The notes beneath the pieces are model-generated. The model made no database searches and was not told where the DNA came from. It saw only the letters and a program-made list of their open reading frames with translations. Below are positions 45,205-56,450 of a stretch of 64,000 bases of DNA, piece by piece. The position numbers and the translations under genes were made by a program. Source of the DNA: TPA_inf: Saccharomyces (lineage: Eukaryota); NCBI GenBank assembly GCA_000146045.2, contig BK006938.2, positions 352,001 through 416,000 on the forward strand, read 5' to 3'. Each line of letters begins with the position of its first letter. Within the stretch, counting starts at the first letter, position 1.

Positions 45205-45536
45205 ATAGTTTAAAACCATCTAGATCTACAGATATATAGTTTACATATGTACCATAGCAAGAAAACAAAAATAGATAGCGAGTCCGTTCTTCATAATTCT
45301 TTGTAGTTCTTTGTGATTTCAGTATTTTGTCGATGTAAGTCATGTTCAATATTTTTTTTGTAGCGCATTTTATTCTAACTTTCCGATGAGGCAACAAAGA
45401 AGTGTTAAGTATCGGCTGACGAAGTGCAATAAAAAGTACTTAGTTATACGGTAGATCAAGAACCTTCGGTGAGCCAAGCGAGGGTGTATACATTCATTTA
45501 ATTTTGCTTTAATAGGAGTAGGAGGGCATCATCTCA

Positions 45537-47129
45537 ATGAATTTACTTGAAACAAGGAGGTCCTTGTTGGAGGAGATGGAGATTATTGAAAATGCCATAG
45601 CAGAAAGAATTCAGCGGAATCCAGAGTTATATTACCACTATATACAAGAATCGAGCAAGGTGTTTCCTGATACTAAACTGCCTAGATCATCGTTGATTGC
45701 AGAGAATAAAATATACAAGTTTAAAAAGGTTAAGAGGAAGAGAAAACAGATAATTTTGCAGCAACATGAGATAAATATTTTTCTTCGAGACTACCAAGAG
45801 AAACAACAAACTTTTAATAAAATCAATCGTCCAGAAGAGACACAGGAGGATGACAAGGATTTGCCTAATTTCGAAAGAAAACTACAACAGCTAGAGAAGG
45901 AACTGAAAAATGAAGATGAGAACTTTGAATTGGATATCAACTCTAAAAAAGACAAATACGCTTTATTCTCATCTTCTTCTGATCCATCGAGGCGCACAAA
46001 TATATTGTCTGACAGAGCTCGAGACCTAGACTTAAATGAAATATTTACTAGAGATGAGCAATATGGTGAATATATGGAGCTGGAACAATTTCATTCTTTA
46101 TGGTTGAATGTAATTAAACGGGGCGATTGTTCACTGCTTCAATTTCTCGACATCCTAGAATTATTTTTGGACGACGAGAAATATTTGCTAACCCCACCGA
46201 TGGATCGCAAGAATGATAGATACATGGCCTTTTTGCTAAAGTTGAGCAAATATGTAGAAACTTTTTTCTTCAAAAGTTATGCTTTGCTTGACGCTGCGGC
46301 AGTTGAAAATCTAATCAAATCTGACTTCGAACATTCATACTGTAGGGGATCTCTTCGGTCCGAGGCAAAAGGTATCTATTGCCCTTTTTGTTCGAGGTGG
46401 TTCAAGACATCTTCCGTTTTCGAAAGCCATTTAGTAGGGAAAATTCATAAGAAAAATGAATCTAAAAGAAGAAATTTTGTGTACTCTGAATATAAACTGC
46501 ATCGGTATTTGAAATATTTAAATGATGAATTTTCTCGAACGAGAAGTTTTGTTGAAAGAAAACTGGCATTTACTGCAAATGAAAGAATGGCAGAAATGGA
46601 TATCTTAACACAGAAGTATGAAGCACCTGCATATGATTCGACGGAAAAAGAGGGGGCCGAACAAGTGGATGGTGAGCAGAGAGATGGTCAACTGCAAGAA
46701 GAGCACCTCTCTGGTAAATCGTTTGACATGCCATTGGGTCCGGATGGATTGCCTATGCCATACTGGCTATACAAACTGCATGGGCTTGACAGAGAGTATC
46801 GCTGCGAAATTTGTTCGAATAAAGTTTATAATGGGCGACGCACTTTTGAAAGACATTTCAACGAAGAAAGACATATTTATCACTTGCGATGCCTTGGTAT
46901 CGAACCTTCTTCAGTATTCAAGGGCATAACCAAAATTAAGGAGGCACAAGAGCTCTGGAAAAATATGCAGGGGCAGTCACAGTTGACATCTATTGCAGCA
47001 GTTCCCCCAAAGCCTAATCCTTCACAACTAAAAGTTCCTACAGAATTAGAACTAGAAGAAGAAGACGAAGAAGGAAATGTAATGAGTAAGAAGGTCTACG
47101 ATGAACTTAAGAAGCAAGGTTTGGTGTGA
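45537..47129 (+). CDS. PRP9: PRP9, the SF3a splicing-factor subunit (two C2H2 matrin-type zinc fingers), 530 aa.
   Basis: MNLLETRRSLLEEMEIIENAIAERIQ...; zinc fingers YCPFCSRWFKTSSVFESHLVGKIH and YRCEICSNKVYNGRRTFERHFNEERH. Confidence 0.9.
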   Translation: MNLLETRRSLLEEMEIIENAIAERIQRNPELYYHYIQESSKVFPDTKLPRSSLIAENKIYKFKKVKRKRKQIILQQHEINIFLRDYQEKQQTFNKINRPEETQEDDKDLPNFERKLQQLEKELKNEDENFELDINSKKDKYALFSSSSDPSRRTNILSDRARDLDLNEIFTRDEQYGEYMELEQFHSLWLNVIKRGDCSLLQFLDILELFLDDEKYLLTPPMDRKNDRYMAFLLKLSKYVETFFFKSYALLDAAAVENLIKSDFEHSYCRGSLRSEAKGIYCPFCSRWFKTSSVFESHLVGKIHKKNESKRRNFVYSEYKLHRYLKYLNDEFSRTRSFVERKLAFTANERMAEMDILTQKYEAPAYDSTEKEGAEQVDGEQRDGQLQEEHLSGKSFDMPLGPDGLPMPYWLYKLHGLDREYRCEICSNKVYNGRRTFERHFNEERHIYHLRCLGIEPSSVFKGITKIKEAQELWKNMQGQSQLTSIAAVPPKPNPSQLKVPTELELEEEDEEGNVMSKKVYDELKKQGLV

Positions 47130-47339
47130 AATCTCTCTGTGATATGTATATTTGTTTGATAGATAGCAGTTGTATGTATTTATACTATTCTTAGTAATGA
47201 CCTTATTACCCGTCTTGTAGAATTGAAAGGCGAAAAACAATTTGAGGACCCATATAATGGAAGAAAACGGACGTGAAAGTTAAATATACGTACCAGAAGA
47301 CAAATCACAGTAATAAACTAACAAAACTATATAATAATA

Positions 47340-48638
47340 ATGGACCCACATAATCCAATTGGTATGTTGTTGATATTTTTAGTGTTTGTGGAGGCAATTG
47401 AGCTCGGTGCCCCTTTTGGCTTTGCCTCTTTTGCATTTTAGTTCTTTTACCCCTATATTATTAATACTAACCATCTCGATATAGTCCTTGATCAGGGTAC
47501 TGGTTTCGTCAAAATTGGTCGTGCTGGCGAGAATTTCCCAGATTACACGTTTCCTTCTATTGTTGGTAGACCCATCTTGAGGGCGGAAGAACGTGCCAGC
47601 GTTGCTACACCATTAAAGGACATTATGATTGGTGATGAGGCAAGTGAAGTTCGCTCTTATCTGCAAATATCTTATCCTATGGAAAACGGTATTATTAAGA
47701 ATTGGACAGATATGGAACTTCTTTGGGATTACGCCTTTTTCGAGCAAATGAAACTACCATCCACCTCCAACGGTAAGATTTTACTAACGGAACCTCCAAT
47801 GAATCCGCTGAAAAATAGGGAAAAAATGTGTGAGGTAATGTTCGAAAAATACGATTTTGGCGGAGTTTATGTTGCCATCCAAGCTGTTCTAGCATTGTAC
47901 GCACAAGGTTTGTCTTCAGGAGTCGTCGTCGATTCCGGTGACGGTGTTACTCATATAGTCCCAGTTTACGAATCTGTCGTTTTGAGCCACTTAACAAGAA
48001 GATTAGATGTTGCGGGTAGAGACGTTACTAGGCATTTGATTGATCTGCTTTCTCGTCGTGGTTATGCATTTAACAGAACTGCAGATTTCGAAACTGTGCG
48101 TCAGATAAAGGAAAAATTATGTTATGTTTCATATGATTTAGACCTAGATACAAAATTGGCTAGAGAAACAACCGCCCTTGTGGAATCGTATGAGTTACCA
48201 GATGGCAGGACAATCAAAGTGGGACAAGAGAGATTTGAAGCACCAGAATGTTTGTTCCAACCTGGTTTGGTTGACGTTGAACAACCTGGCGTGGGCGAGC
48301 TGTTATTTAATACTGTGCAATCGGCTGATGTTGATATCAGAAGTTCCCTGTATAAGGCCATTGTTCTTTCAGGTGGTTCAAGTATGTACCCAGGGCTGCC
48401 TTCGAGATTAGAGAAAGAATTGAAACAATTATGGTTTAGTAGAGTTTTACACAATGACCCTTCAAGACTTGATAAATTCAAAGTTAGAATTGAAGATCCT
48501 CCAAGGAGAAAGCATATGGTTTTCATTGGTGGTGCCGTTTTAGCTAGTATCATGGCTGATAAAGACCACATGTGGTTGTCTAAGCAAGAATGGCAAGAAA
48601 GCGGGCCATCTGCAATGACTAAATTTGGTCCAAGATAG
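47340..48638 (+). CDS. ARP2: ARP2, actin-related protein 2. It has two exons, join(47340..47361, 47485..48638), and encodes 391 aa.
   Basis: Exon 1 is ATGGACCCACATAATCCAATTG, followed by GTATGT. A TACTAAC branch point lies at 47465-47471. The 3' splice site ATAG|TC is at 47484/47485. The spliced product is [26 protein letters not shown]..., an actin fold. Confidence 0.9.
47362..47484 (+). other. The spliceosomal intron of ARP2 (123 nt; GTATGT ... TACTAAC ... TAG).
   Basis: A canonical yeast 5' splice site, branch point and 3' splice site. Splicing restores the actin-family reading frame. Confidence 0.88.
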
Positions 48639-48996
48639 ATTTGAACTTTATTGATCCAAAAGAATTAATAAAAAAGTTTAAATCTACGAATGAAAAATGG
48701 AAATGGAATAATATAAACTTATATATAAATGTAATAAGTTAATAAGGCACAATTGTTGAACAAGCAATCAAAATATAATATTTCACTGAGCGCCGTTAGA
48801 GGATAGTTATCCTTTTCTTGGTATTTCAAGTATTCAGTGTCTGTGTCGAAAAATTGATTGATGATTTATTTAAATGAATATATATAAATATGTAAAAAAG
48901 AGTTGATCAAAGTAAATAAATCAGTACATGCATGGCAAACTCTAAATGTATTTATGTTCATAACTGGCACATGCTTTTCTTCCTTATGCGGCTCTT

Positions 48997-51291
48997 CTAA
49001 ATTTTGTAATCTGCAAATTTCCTTAAAACAGTGTCTACCACATCATTGAGATCATCTTGTGATATATGAGGCTTCTCAGAGCCATATCTAACGGCATTCC
49101 TAATAAGGTCTTCCATAATCGATCCGGATATCATAAAAGGTTGAAGGAAAGTGCTACTCAGGACTTTATCCACAGTCCATCTTTTGTCTGGGTTCCTGTA
49201 CAGACATGCTTTCATTAATTCAATGGCAGACTTTGGAATCTTTTCATTATTGCTAGTATGTTCAGGAAATGGGATTTTCACATCAGGATTCATAATAGCC
49301 AACAGCCTATTTTGGCCTTGGAAACTGCCATATGGGGGTTTCCCGTAAATCATCTGATATATAATACAACCGCATGACCACATATCAGATGGTCTCCCCA
49401 CTTTCCACTTGTTTCCCTCATGTTGGTTCTCACTATTTTGTGTGTAATTCATAGCAACTAGTGCTTCTGGTGCCATATAATTTGGAGTCCCAATTTGAGT
49501 TTCACGATATATATTCACCGTATGTTCCGGTACCGCGTTTGCTATACCAAAATCAATGATTTTTAAGATACCTTTCACTAAAACAAAATTTGCAGGTTTT
49601 AAATCCGAATGAACTATGCCCGCATCATGAACTACTTTAATGCACAGCAACATTTCCTTTGTATAGAATCTAACAAAATTAAAATCCAGTGGCATGCCGC
49701 TTCTTTGGTTAAGGATTTGTGACAAATCATGATCACCACATTCCATTATCAAATACAATAAACCATCCCCCATTTCATAATCTAGTAGTTGGATTACACG
49801 CTTTTGGTCTTTCAATTTTTCCAGAAGTTCTATTTCTCCTTTGAATCCATCAATACTTGAATCGTCAAAAGCGTCAAAAGACACCCTTTTGAGCGCGTAT
49901 ACCCTATTGCCAGATCCTTTCACCTTGTAAACTCTGGAGGATCCACCTCTACCCAAAAGTTCTATTTTTTCGTACTGGGAGTCATTTACTGTAATTATAT
50001 TTCTATTATTCGATAAAGAAGCGGACTTTGCAGGTTCAACAATTTCAACTTTCTTGGTGACTGGAGGTTTGGGAGCAGGTCGATGGTAAAATACTTCTAG
50101 ATTTTTACTGTTTATATTCTCATTCGTTATTGCATCATCCAATGATCGTTTTAGTCTCTTATTCTCTTGTTGAAGGAGATTATCAGCGTGATTTGCATTT
50201 ATGCTTATGTTTCGCAGTACTTCTCTTTTTTCGGAGTCGGAATCTTTATTTCTGGAAATTCCTTTATAAATTTTATGAATTGGGCTGTTGAAATTGCTGT
50301 TATTGCTAGTATCAATATTCTCCTTGAGAGCTCTTCTTATTTCGATCGATGACTTAGATGAAGATGATCCAGTAGAAACTTTTCGCCTGGGTTGAGAACC
50401 ATTATTGGATGTTATAGAATTGTCCTTGTTTGCCAATAAGTTGTTACTAGAAAGTGAAGAGGAAGAAGACCTACTTTTATAAAGCAATTCTCTGGAACTA
50501 TGTTTTCGGAGTGCTGCTTGTCTATTTTCTTCTCTTTGTTTATCAAAGTAGATTTGAGATATTAGTGGAAGGTCACTTGTGGGAAGATTATGTTTTTTAA
50601 TATACTGGATAGGATTCAAATCTCCAAAATCAATTGAATCATAATCCGTATTTCTCTTCGTTTCTTTAAAGTTTGTTTGGTGAGAATCCTCAAGTGGTAA
50701 TTCCACTGTCTCCCTTGCATTTATTGGCTGGTTTGGAGAGTTAGGCACATCCTCATCAAAGATATTTGTCAAAGTCATCGCTCTCTTTGCAGGACCCAGC
50801 TTCGTTGTCCTATTGGATATTAAAAATCTCTTACTTCTCCTTTCAGCATACTTTGCCGTAATATCTTCTTTCATATTTTGTCGCAAATTCCTTATCCTTT
50901 CAAAACTCTTATCAAGACTATTTCCAACATTTATCTCTATGTCACTAGTGTTCATCGTCGTCATGCTAGTCTGGTGATTATTTCTCAGATATCGTCCGAA
51001 CAAGGTTGAATGCGATGAGGTACTAGTATGACCGGATGTCAAATTGCCCATTGACGGTGGGGGGTGACTCCTTGATGAACTCCTGTCCATTTCTTCTAAT
51101 CGATTTGCGATCTTGTCATTATTATGACTTGATAATATCTCTGATGCTGAAGTTTTTTCTGTGTGGGAAAGTAAAGCTGATCCGAAATTGCTTAGTTTTG
51201 GAGGCGTAGTGAACTCTTCGTCATCTGAAAACTGTCGTGTATTAGTTCTCGATTTTAAATCCACATAATCATGGAATGAGTTTGTTGACAT
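48997..51291 (-). CDS. MPS1: MPS1, a dual-specificity spindle-pole-body and spindle-checkpoint kinase, 764 aa from the first ATG.
   Basis: A C-terminal protein-kinase domain (GRGGSSRVYKV...HSDLKPANF...DFGIA). The first ATG is at 51289-51291 (MSTNSFHDYVDLK...); the track ORF starts upstream at a non-ATG codon. Confidence 0.9.
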   Translation of the reverse strand: MSTNSFHDYVDLKSRTNTRQFSDDEEFTTPPKLSNFGSALLSHTEKTSASEILSSHNNDKIANRLEEMDRSSSRSHPPPSMGNLTSGHTSTSSHSTLFGRYLRNNHQTSMTTMNTSDIEINVGNSLDKSFERIRNLRQNMKEDITAKYAERRSKRFLISNRTTKLGPAKRAMTLTNIFDEDVPNSPNQPINARETVELPLEDSHQTNFKETKRNTDYDSIDFGDLNPIQYIKKHNLPTSDLPLISQIYFDKQREENRQAALRKHSSRELLYKSRSSSSSLSSNNLLANKDNSITSNNGSQPRRKVSTGSSSSKSSIEIRRALKENIDTSNNSNFNSPIHKIYKGISRNKDSDSEKREVLRNISINANHADNLLQQENKRLKRSLDDAITNENINSKNLEVFYHRPAPKPPVTKKVEIVEPAKSASLSNNRNIITVNDSQYEKIELLGRGGSSRVYKVKGSGNRVYALKRVSFDAFDDSSIDGFKGEIELLEKLKDQKRVIQLLDYEMGDGLLYLIMECGDHDLSQILNQRSGMPLDFNFVRFYTKEMLLCIKVVHDAGIVHSDLKPANFVLVKGILKIIDFGIANAVPEHTVNIYRETQIGTPNYMAPEALVAMNYTQNSENQHEGNKWKVGRPSDMWSCGCIIYQMIYGKPPYGSFQGQNRLLAIMNPDVKIPFPEHTSNNEKIPKSAIELMKACLYRNPDKRWTVDKVLSSTFLQPFMISGSIMEDLIRNAVRYGSEKPHISQDDLNDVVDTVLRKFADYKI

Positions 51292-51694
51292 GTTTGTTTT
51301 GAGATCATCCAGTTCTTGCAGAAACAATTTATTATTTTGGTTGTAAAGCTACTTCTATAAACAACTGCAATATTCCTATTCAGACTTCAGTGGGCTGGGT
51401 CAAGTAGGCTTCTATAAATTTTGTAGGTTACTATTAATATAGTAGATCTTAAATTCTCTTTAAGCTTGCCTTCACATAAACATCACTATTACTCTTTGCA
51501 ACCCTTGGTAGTTTTTTTTTGGTTTTGTTTACTATTTCTAATTGATATTATCATTTAATACGATGGAAGTGACACCAAAAATTATTTTGTGTCACTGCAC
51601 ACCATAAATAAAGGTATTGGTCAGAATATATAAACATGTATGATATATAAATTGTGGCATCACAGTAATGCTCAAACAAAAACTTTAATGTTCT

Positions 51695-52957
51695 TTACTC
51701 TTTTAGGGTGTATTCAGTGTTTTTGTCGTTTATTTTTGAAATGTTATATTTTGAAAAGAATTCTCCAGAATCACCATTTGTTGTGATAACAAAGTGTTTT
51801 GATAGTAGCGTATTTACACTTTTGATGGCAATAATTGTGTTAAGGGTTTTGCTGCTGTTAGAGGTTTCACTTTCTTGTAATATCTTGAAAAAATCAGCCT
51901 TCGAATAAGCTCCGCCATTGAACATTATTGCAGGAAAGGATTCGTCTAAAATAATGACATATACGTCTGCAATATGCTTCTTGCCCTCGAGTTTTTTTGA
52001 AGGGTTTAGCGGTAAATTTTTCATTGAGTCTAAATACAACTTGTATCGAACACTGGAAAATATGAAAGTTTGGAATTTTCTGAGTTCACTTCGGCAATTA
52101 TCAATATCGAGTTCCAAGTCATAGGATTCTTTGATCCATTTCTCGACGCTGTCTCCTAAAAAGTAGGATCTTATTCCCAGTTCGTTCTTGGTGAAGGACT
52201 CCAACACTCTTTTCTGCAGGAAACTTAGAAACTGCTTTCTGGTTTCTTCTTGCTTTACTAAATCAACATTCAAACCTTTGGCAAACTCGTTTGGAATTCC
52301 CATCCTGGAAGATATCTCTTTCCAACTCTGAACCATAGGTTGTAATTGTAATGATCTCATGGTGGGTAATGTTATTTTCAATTTTGTTTTCGGTAAGGAG
52401 GTCAAGACATCTTTGTAAAAGATATTTTTCTGCCATTTTTTGAATTGTTTAAAAAAAAAGAACATAATAAGAAGGGGAAAAAAAAAGTGAAAAATTAAGG
52501 GAATAACGACTATCGTTGATGTTAGAATGAATGTGAAGATACTTGCAGTTGCAAATATGATAAAAAATGGGGAGACTTTATATACTTTCACAAACGGCTT
52601 GTTACCGTTCTTTGGTGACTTCGAAGAAAATATAAACTTTATTTCTGCACGTCGTGACGAATGGAAGGCTCTTTTACCAACCAACCTGGATGTCGAGCTT
52701 TTCAGACTGGATAGAAATTGGTGAGTGGTAGAACAATAATTAGAAGAAATGCATGAAAGCTTACGAAACTGGAAACTTTCTCCTCGATATTTTGGAATTG
52801 CGGGAGATGTAATCGCCGAAGGCACTGGTTTAGGAAAAGCCCTTAATATTCCTGGCAAGTACATATTGAAACCCTTTCCATTATTGAGACTATTGAGCGT
52901 AACGCTGTTCATAAGCTCCCTTGTCCTACTGGCTAATCCCACTGGAACTTTGAACAT
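51695..52957 (-). CDS. MRX9: MRX9-like, a mitochondrial organisation of gene expression protein of unknown function with a predicted TM segment, 420 aa.
   Basis: A 420-aa ORF in the position and with the length of YDL027C. A hydrophobic stretch FFIIFATASIFTFILTSTIVVIPLIFHFFFPLLIMFFFF is present. Confidence 0.65.
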   Translation of the reverse strand: MFKVPVGLASRTRELMNSVTLNSLNNGKGFNMYLPGILRAFPKPVPSAITSPAIPKYRGESFQFRKLSCISSNYCSTTHQFLSSLKSSTSRLVGKRAFHSSRRAEIKFIFSSKSPKNGNKPFVKVYKVSPFFIIFATASIFTFILTSTIVVIPLIFHFFFPLLIMFFFFKQFKKWQKNIFYKDVLTSLPKTKLKITLPTMRSLQLQPMVQSWKEISSRMGIPNEFAKGLNVDLVKQEETRKQFLSFLQKRVLESFTKNELGIRSYFLGDSVEKWIKESYDLELDIDNCRSELRKFQTFIFSSVRYKLYLDSMKNLPLNPSKKLEGKKHIADVYVIILDESFPAIMFNGGAYSKADFFKILQESETSNSSKTLNTIIAIKSVNTLLSKHFVITTNGDSGEFFSKYNISKINDKNTEYTLKE

Positions 52958-53343
52958 TTTTTCCTACTCATATGTGGTTATGGTGGTCTTATTTATCTGC
53001 GCTAAATCACTTTTCAATTATTCTTTGCAGTTTATAGGGGAGGAGACTTCCTCTTTGTAAAATCTAATAGGGCGTGTTCACAATTTTATGCGTCGGGTGA
53101 CTTCAATTTGGCGCCCGTTGAGATTATCTAAAAAATGCTTTTATTTATTTAAGCGCTTTTTGTTTTGACGAATGTATTTATGTTTTTGTATATATATGAG
53201 CGTTTTTTTTTTCCAGATTTAACTAGTTTTCTTTTTCACCTGTATGCACACCATCTTTTATTCCTATATAATGCCTTTTATAGTACTTTGAATCTTCTAT
53301 ATACAATTTTTTAGGTTTTATCTTTTAAAAAGTGTTTATTTCA

Positions 53344-55206
53344 TTAATTTGAATCTTTATTCCCGTGTTGCTTGGTCAGCTCATTCAACTCCTCCTCAGT
53401 GACCAAGTGATGCTTATGATTCTTTGGTTTTTCAACCAAATCGCCAGATGTAGGGTCAACTTCACAGGAGGGGACGGATACAAGCCAATCATCCTTTACC
53501 ACGTCATTCATTAAAACTCTTTGCTTTGGTTCTAAAGCCAACATTCTGCCTATTATTGTCCGTGAATGTCTTGGCAGTAGCCTTAATATTTTATTTGGCC
53601 CCCGAACTATATCATCTTCGTCCTCAGGTTCCTCAGTAAATAACCTAAATGAGTTGAAGCTCTTTTTTGGAGCCTTCCAAGGAAATCTTTTAAGGACCAT
53701 ACAGTAAAATATAATAGCGATAGACCACACATCTGCTACTCTTGGATCGTAGGATGTTTGTTTCAATAACTCAGGAGCCAAATAAGGGTCAGAACCCACG
53801 ATTCCATGTGATTTTACAATGGTATCTTCGTAAGGGTATTGGAACACTACAGCGCTCCCAAAGTCAATCAGTTTCAAGATGCCATCTTTAGTGACGACAC
53901 AATTGTCCAATTTTAAATCCCTATGAGCTAAGCCCATAGAGTGCAGGTAATTAACGCCGTGGCACAGCTGCTTGAAGTAACAGTTGACTTCATCTTGTGT
54001 CATTAGGTTACTCATGACGAGATTAAAAAAATCATATGGCGCATACTCCATTACTAATAAATAGGTGTCACCTTCAGTCAACATATCTAGGGTTTCAACG
54101 ATATTTTCGTGGTGCAGCGTGGAACCAATACAAAATTCAGTGGTAACCTTCTTAGAATAATTAGCTAATTGAGACTGATTAGTTCCTTCATTGTTTAAGT
54201 GTGGTTTTCTGAACATTTTGCAAGCAAATAACTTGCCGTCTGTTCTTTCTACTACGGACACTGAACCGGAAGCTCCTTCGCCTAATTTTCTACCAGGAAT
54301 ACCATATTTTTCTAATAGCTCCACTGGGTTATCTGTTTCGTATAACGCTTTTCCGTTACTTTCTACTATATTTTCATTGGTGTTCAAATTGAGCTTCGGT
54401 TTTGTAGGGGTGGATCCACGGTTGTGATGGTGGTGATGATGATGGTTATCGTGATAATCATTATGAATTTTTTTGAAAAATCTTGTTAATCTCAAGGATT
54501 TTTTCTTTCTTGATGAGGTATCATCACTACCGCTTGAAGAATTATGCTGTAGTTCCACGGACCCAGGGGTGGAGGCTTGAGAGTCCATGAAGTGTTTGTC
54601 TTCAATCTGTTTCTGTAGTATCTCTACGGGATGCATATGTGCCTGGTATGATAAATTCGAAGAGGGTGTATCAGATTTTGCAGAAGACACTGTAGAAATG
54701 TTGCTATGAGCTGTAGAGCGAACGGGGTGAGGATGGTGGAAAGCATCTTTTGAGCCTTGATGAATGTAGTTTATTGGATTGTGAATACTATGGGGTAAGT
54801 GGGGCACAGTGTGTCCCGTACGAACGGGATTATGATTGTTAGGTAAGGGCCGTGAAGGAGAGTAGTCAATAGGAGCTTTTTTAGCTGAAGTAGGAGAAAT
54901 ACCTGTCAAAGTAGAACTTGCTACTACGTGTGACTCCTTTGACAACGCGCCATTTCCCTGGGGGCTCTTTCCTATGGTAGATCTTCGGTCGTTGGGTTTG
55001 TTATACTTTATTTGATCCTCTTGGTCAGAATCTGTATTCTTTTTTGAAGATCTAGAAGAAGACCTTGAAACATCATCTGTCTTTGAGTATGATTGGTTAC
55101 CACCTCCATTGAATATTTTAGCCGATAAATTCTTCAACTTAGTTGGCCTAAATAATGAAGACAGCGAAGTTGATGAAGATGAGTGTAATGGAGTTTCCTT
55201 AACCAT
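53344..55206 (-). CDS. RTK1: RTK1, a putative Ser/Thr protein kinase with a C-terminal kinase domain and an internal poly-His run, 620 aa from the first ATG.
   Basis: Kinase subdomains (LGEGASGSVSV...HRDLKLDNC...DFGSA). The first ATG is at 55204-55206 (MVKETPLHSSSS...). Confidence 0.8.
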   Translation of the reverse strand: MVKETPLHSSSSTSLSSLFRPTKLKNLSAKIFNGGGNQSYSKTDDVSRSSSRSSKKNTDSDQEDQIKYNKPNDRRSTIGKSPQGNGALSKESHVVASSTLTGISPTSAKKAPIDYSPSRPLPNNHNPVRTGHTVPHLPHSIHNPINYIHQGSKDAFHHPHPVRSTAHSNISTVSSAKSDTPSSNLSYQAHMHPVEILQKQIEDKHFMDSQASTPGSVELQHNSSSGSDDTSSRKKKSLRLTRFFKKIHNDYHDNHHHHHHHNRGSTPTKPKLNLNTNENIVESNGKALYETDNPVELLEKYGIPGRKLGEGASGSVSVVERTDGKLFACKMFRKPHLNNEGTNQSQLANYSKKVTTEFCIGSTLHHENIVETLDMLTEGDTYLLVMEYAPYDFFNLVMSNLMTQDEVNCYFKQLCHGVNYLHSMGLAHRDLKLDNCVVTKDGILKLIDFGSAVVFQYPYEDTIVKSHGIVGSDPYLAPELLKQTSYDPRVADVWSIAIIFYCMVLKRFPWKAPKKSFNSFRLFTEEPEDEDDIVRGPNKILRLLPRHSRTIIGRMLALEPKQRVLMNDVVKDDWLVSVPSCEVDPTSGDLVEKPKNHKHHLVTEEELNELTKQHGNKDSN

Positions 55207-56450
55207 TATGCTATGAATTTCAGGCTGCTCTTTTCTGTCCTTCTCTCTTTTTTTCCCTCTCAAATCCTCTCAGCTTATTAGCGCACTAAAGAGTCAGTTT
55301 GGGTGAATAGCGTAATCAACTTATGGAAAAGAAGAACACTAGAATCCGTCACTATTGGCTGCAAATAAGTATTATATCTTTTTTCAATGAGAAATCTTGC
55401 TTGCCCCATAACAGGTACAATACTTAGCAAGCCAGGAAGAGTCACACTGCAAAATAGATATATGAGAAGCGGAAGTAGCTTTTCCCCTTATAGATGTACG
55501 CCGTTCGATATTACCCGAACTGCAAGAAAAGCTTCTCCAAATATCTACTGGCCTCCATTCAAGAAGGCAATTAAAGAGACTATGTGTACATGAATGGGAA
55601 CTTGGTATGATGGTAGTAATGCTTTATTAGTCATTCCCCTACCCCCTTGCGCAACCTATCATTTTACTTGCCAGATGTGCTCTCCACTGTTAGAGCCTCT
55701 TCGCTGACAAAGAATGGACGAGTACGCGAGCGGTGAAACGAGCACTGCAGGCAAGAGAAAGAAAAATCATGCATGATTTGGAAAGCGAATAAGAAATGAC
55801 GCAGTTGAGTGTTTGAGTTGGAGCCAGCTGTGTTATTCACAGGTTCATTTCGAGAAAATAAACGCCTTTGGTGGAAGCGGACACTATATTTCACATTTTA
55901 GCTGTAGAAGTAAAAAATTTATTTCAAGTTTACTTAATCCATTCAAGCAGTGCTTTCCCGGAGTTTCGAATAAAAGACACTGAGGACTTTTCAGTTTGAA
56001 TTTGAGATATGTTGTGGAAGTTTCCCAATACCAGAACCGCCTTTGAAATCCGGAAGTTTTCTTTTATGTTCTTGTGAATTTTCTATCCGAGTTTTAACTT
56101 TCGATATTCAGAAAGAATAGCCGTTCATCTCTTTTATATTATATTTAGCGATGTAATGAAAGTAAAAAAACAAAAAAAAAAAACAACAATAATCAAATGA
56201 CGCATATCTAAATATTCCAGAAAAGAATATAAATAACGAGGGTGATAAAGCGGGTGCAATTAAATTCTCTGTAGTACAAAAATATGTAATAACCGCAGAA
56301 CTTGTTAGTGGAATCTCTTTTAGATGTAGCTTGAAGGCTCAATTCGCTCCCCTTCGGTTTGCTGAAGGAAGAACGATGCGGAATATTACTTTGTGACCAT
56401 GTTATGTAAAGACAATTTCCTATTTTTTTTTATTTCTGCCCATGCATGGC

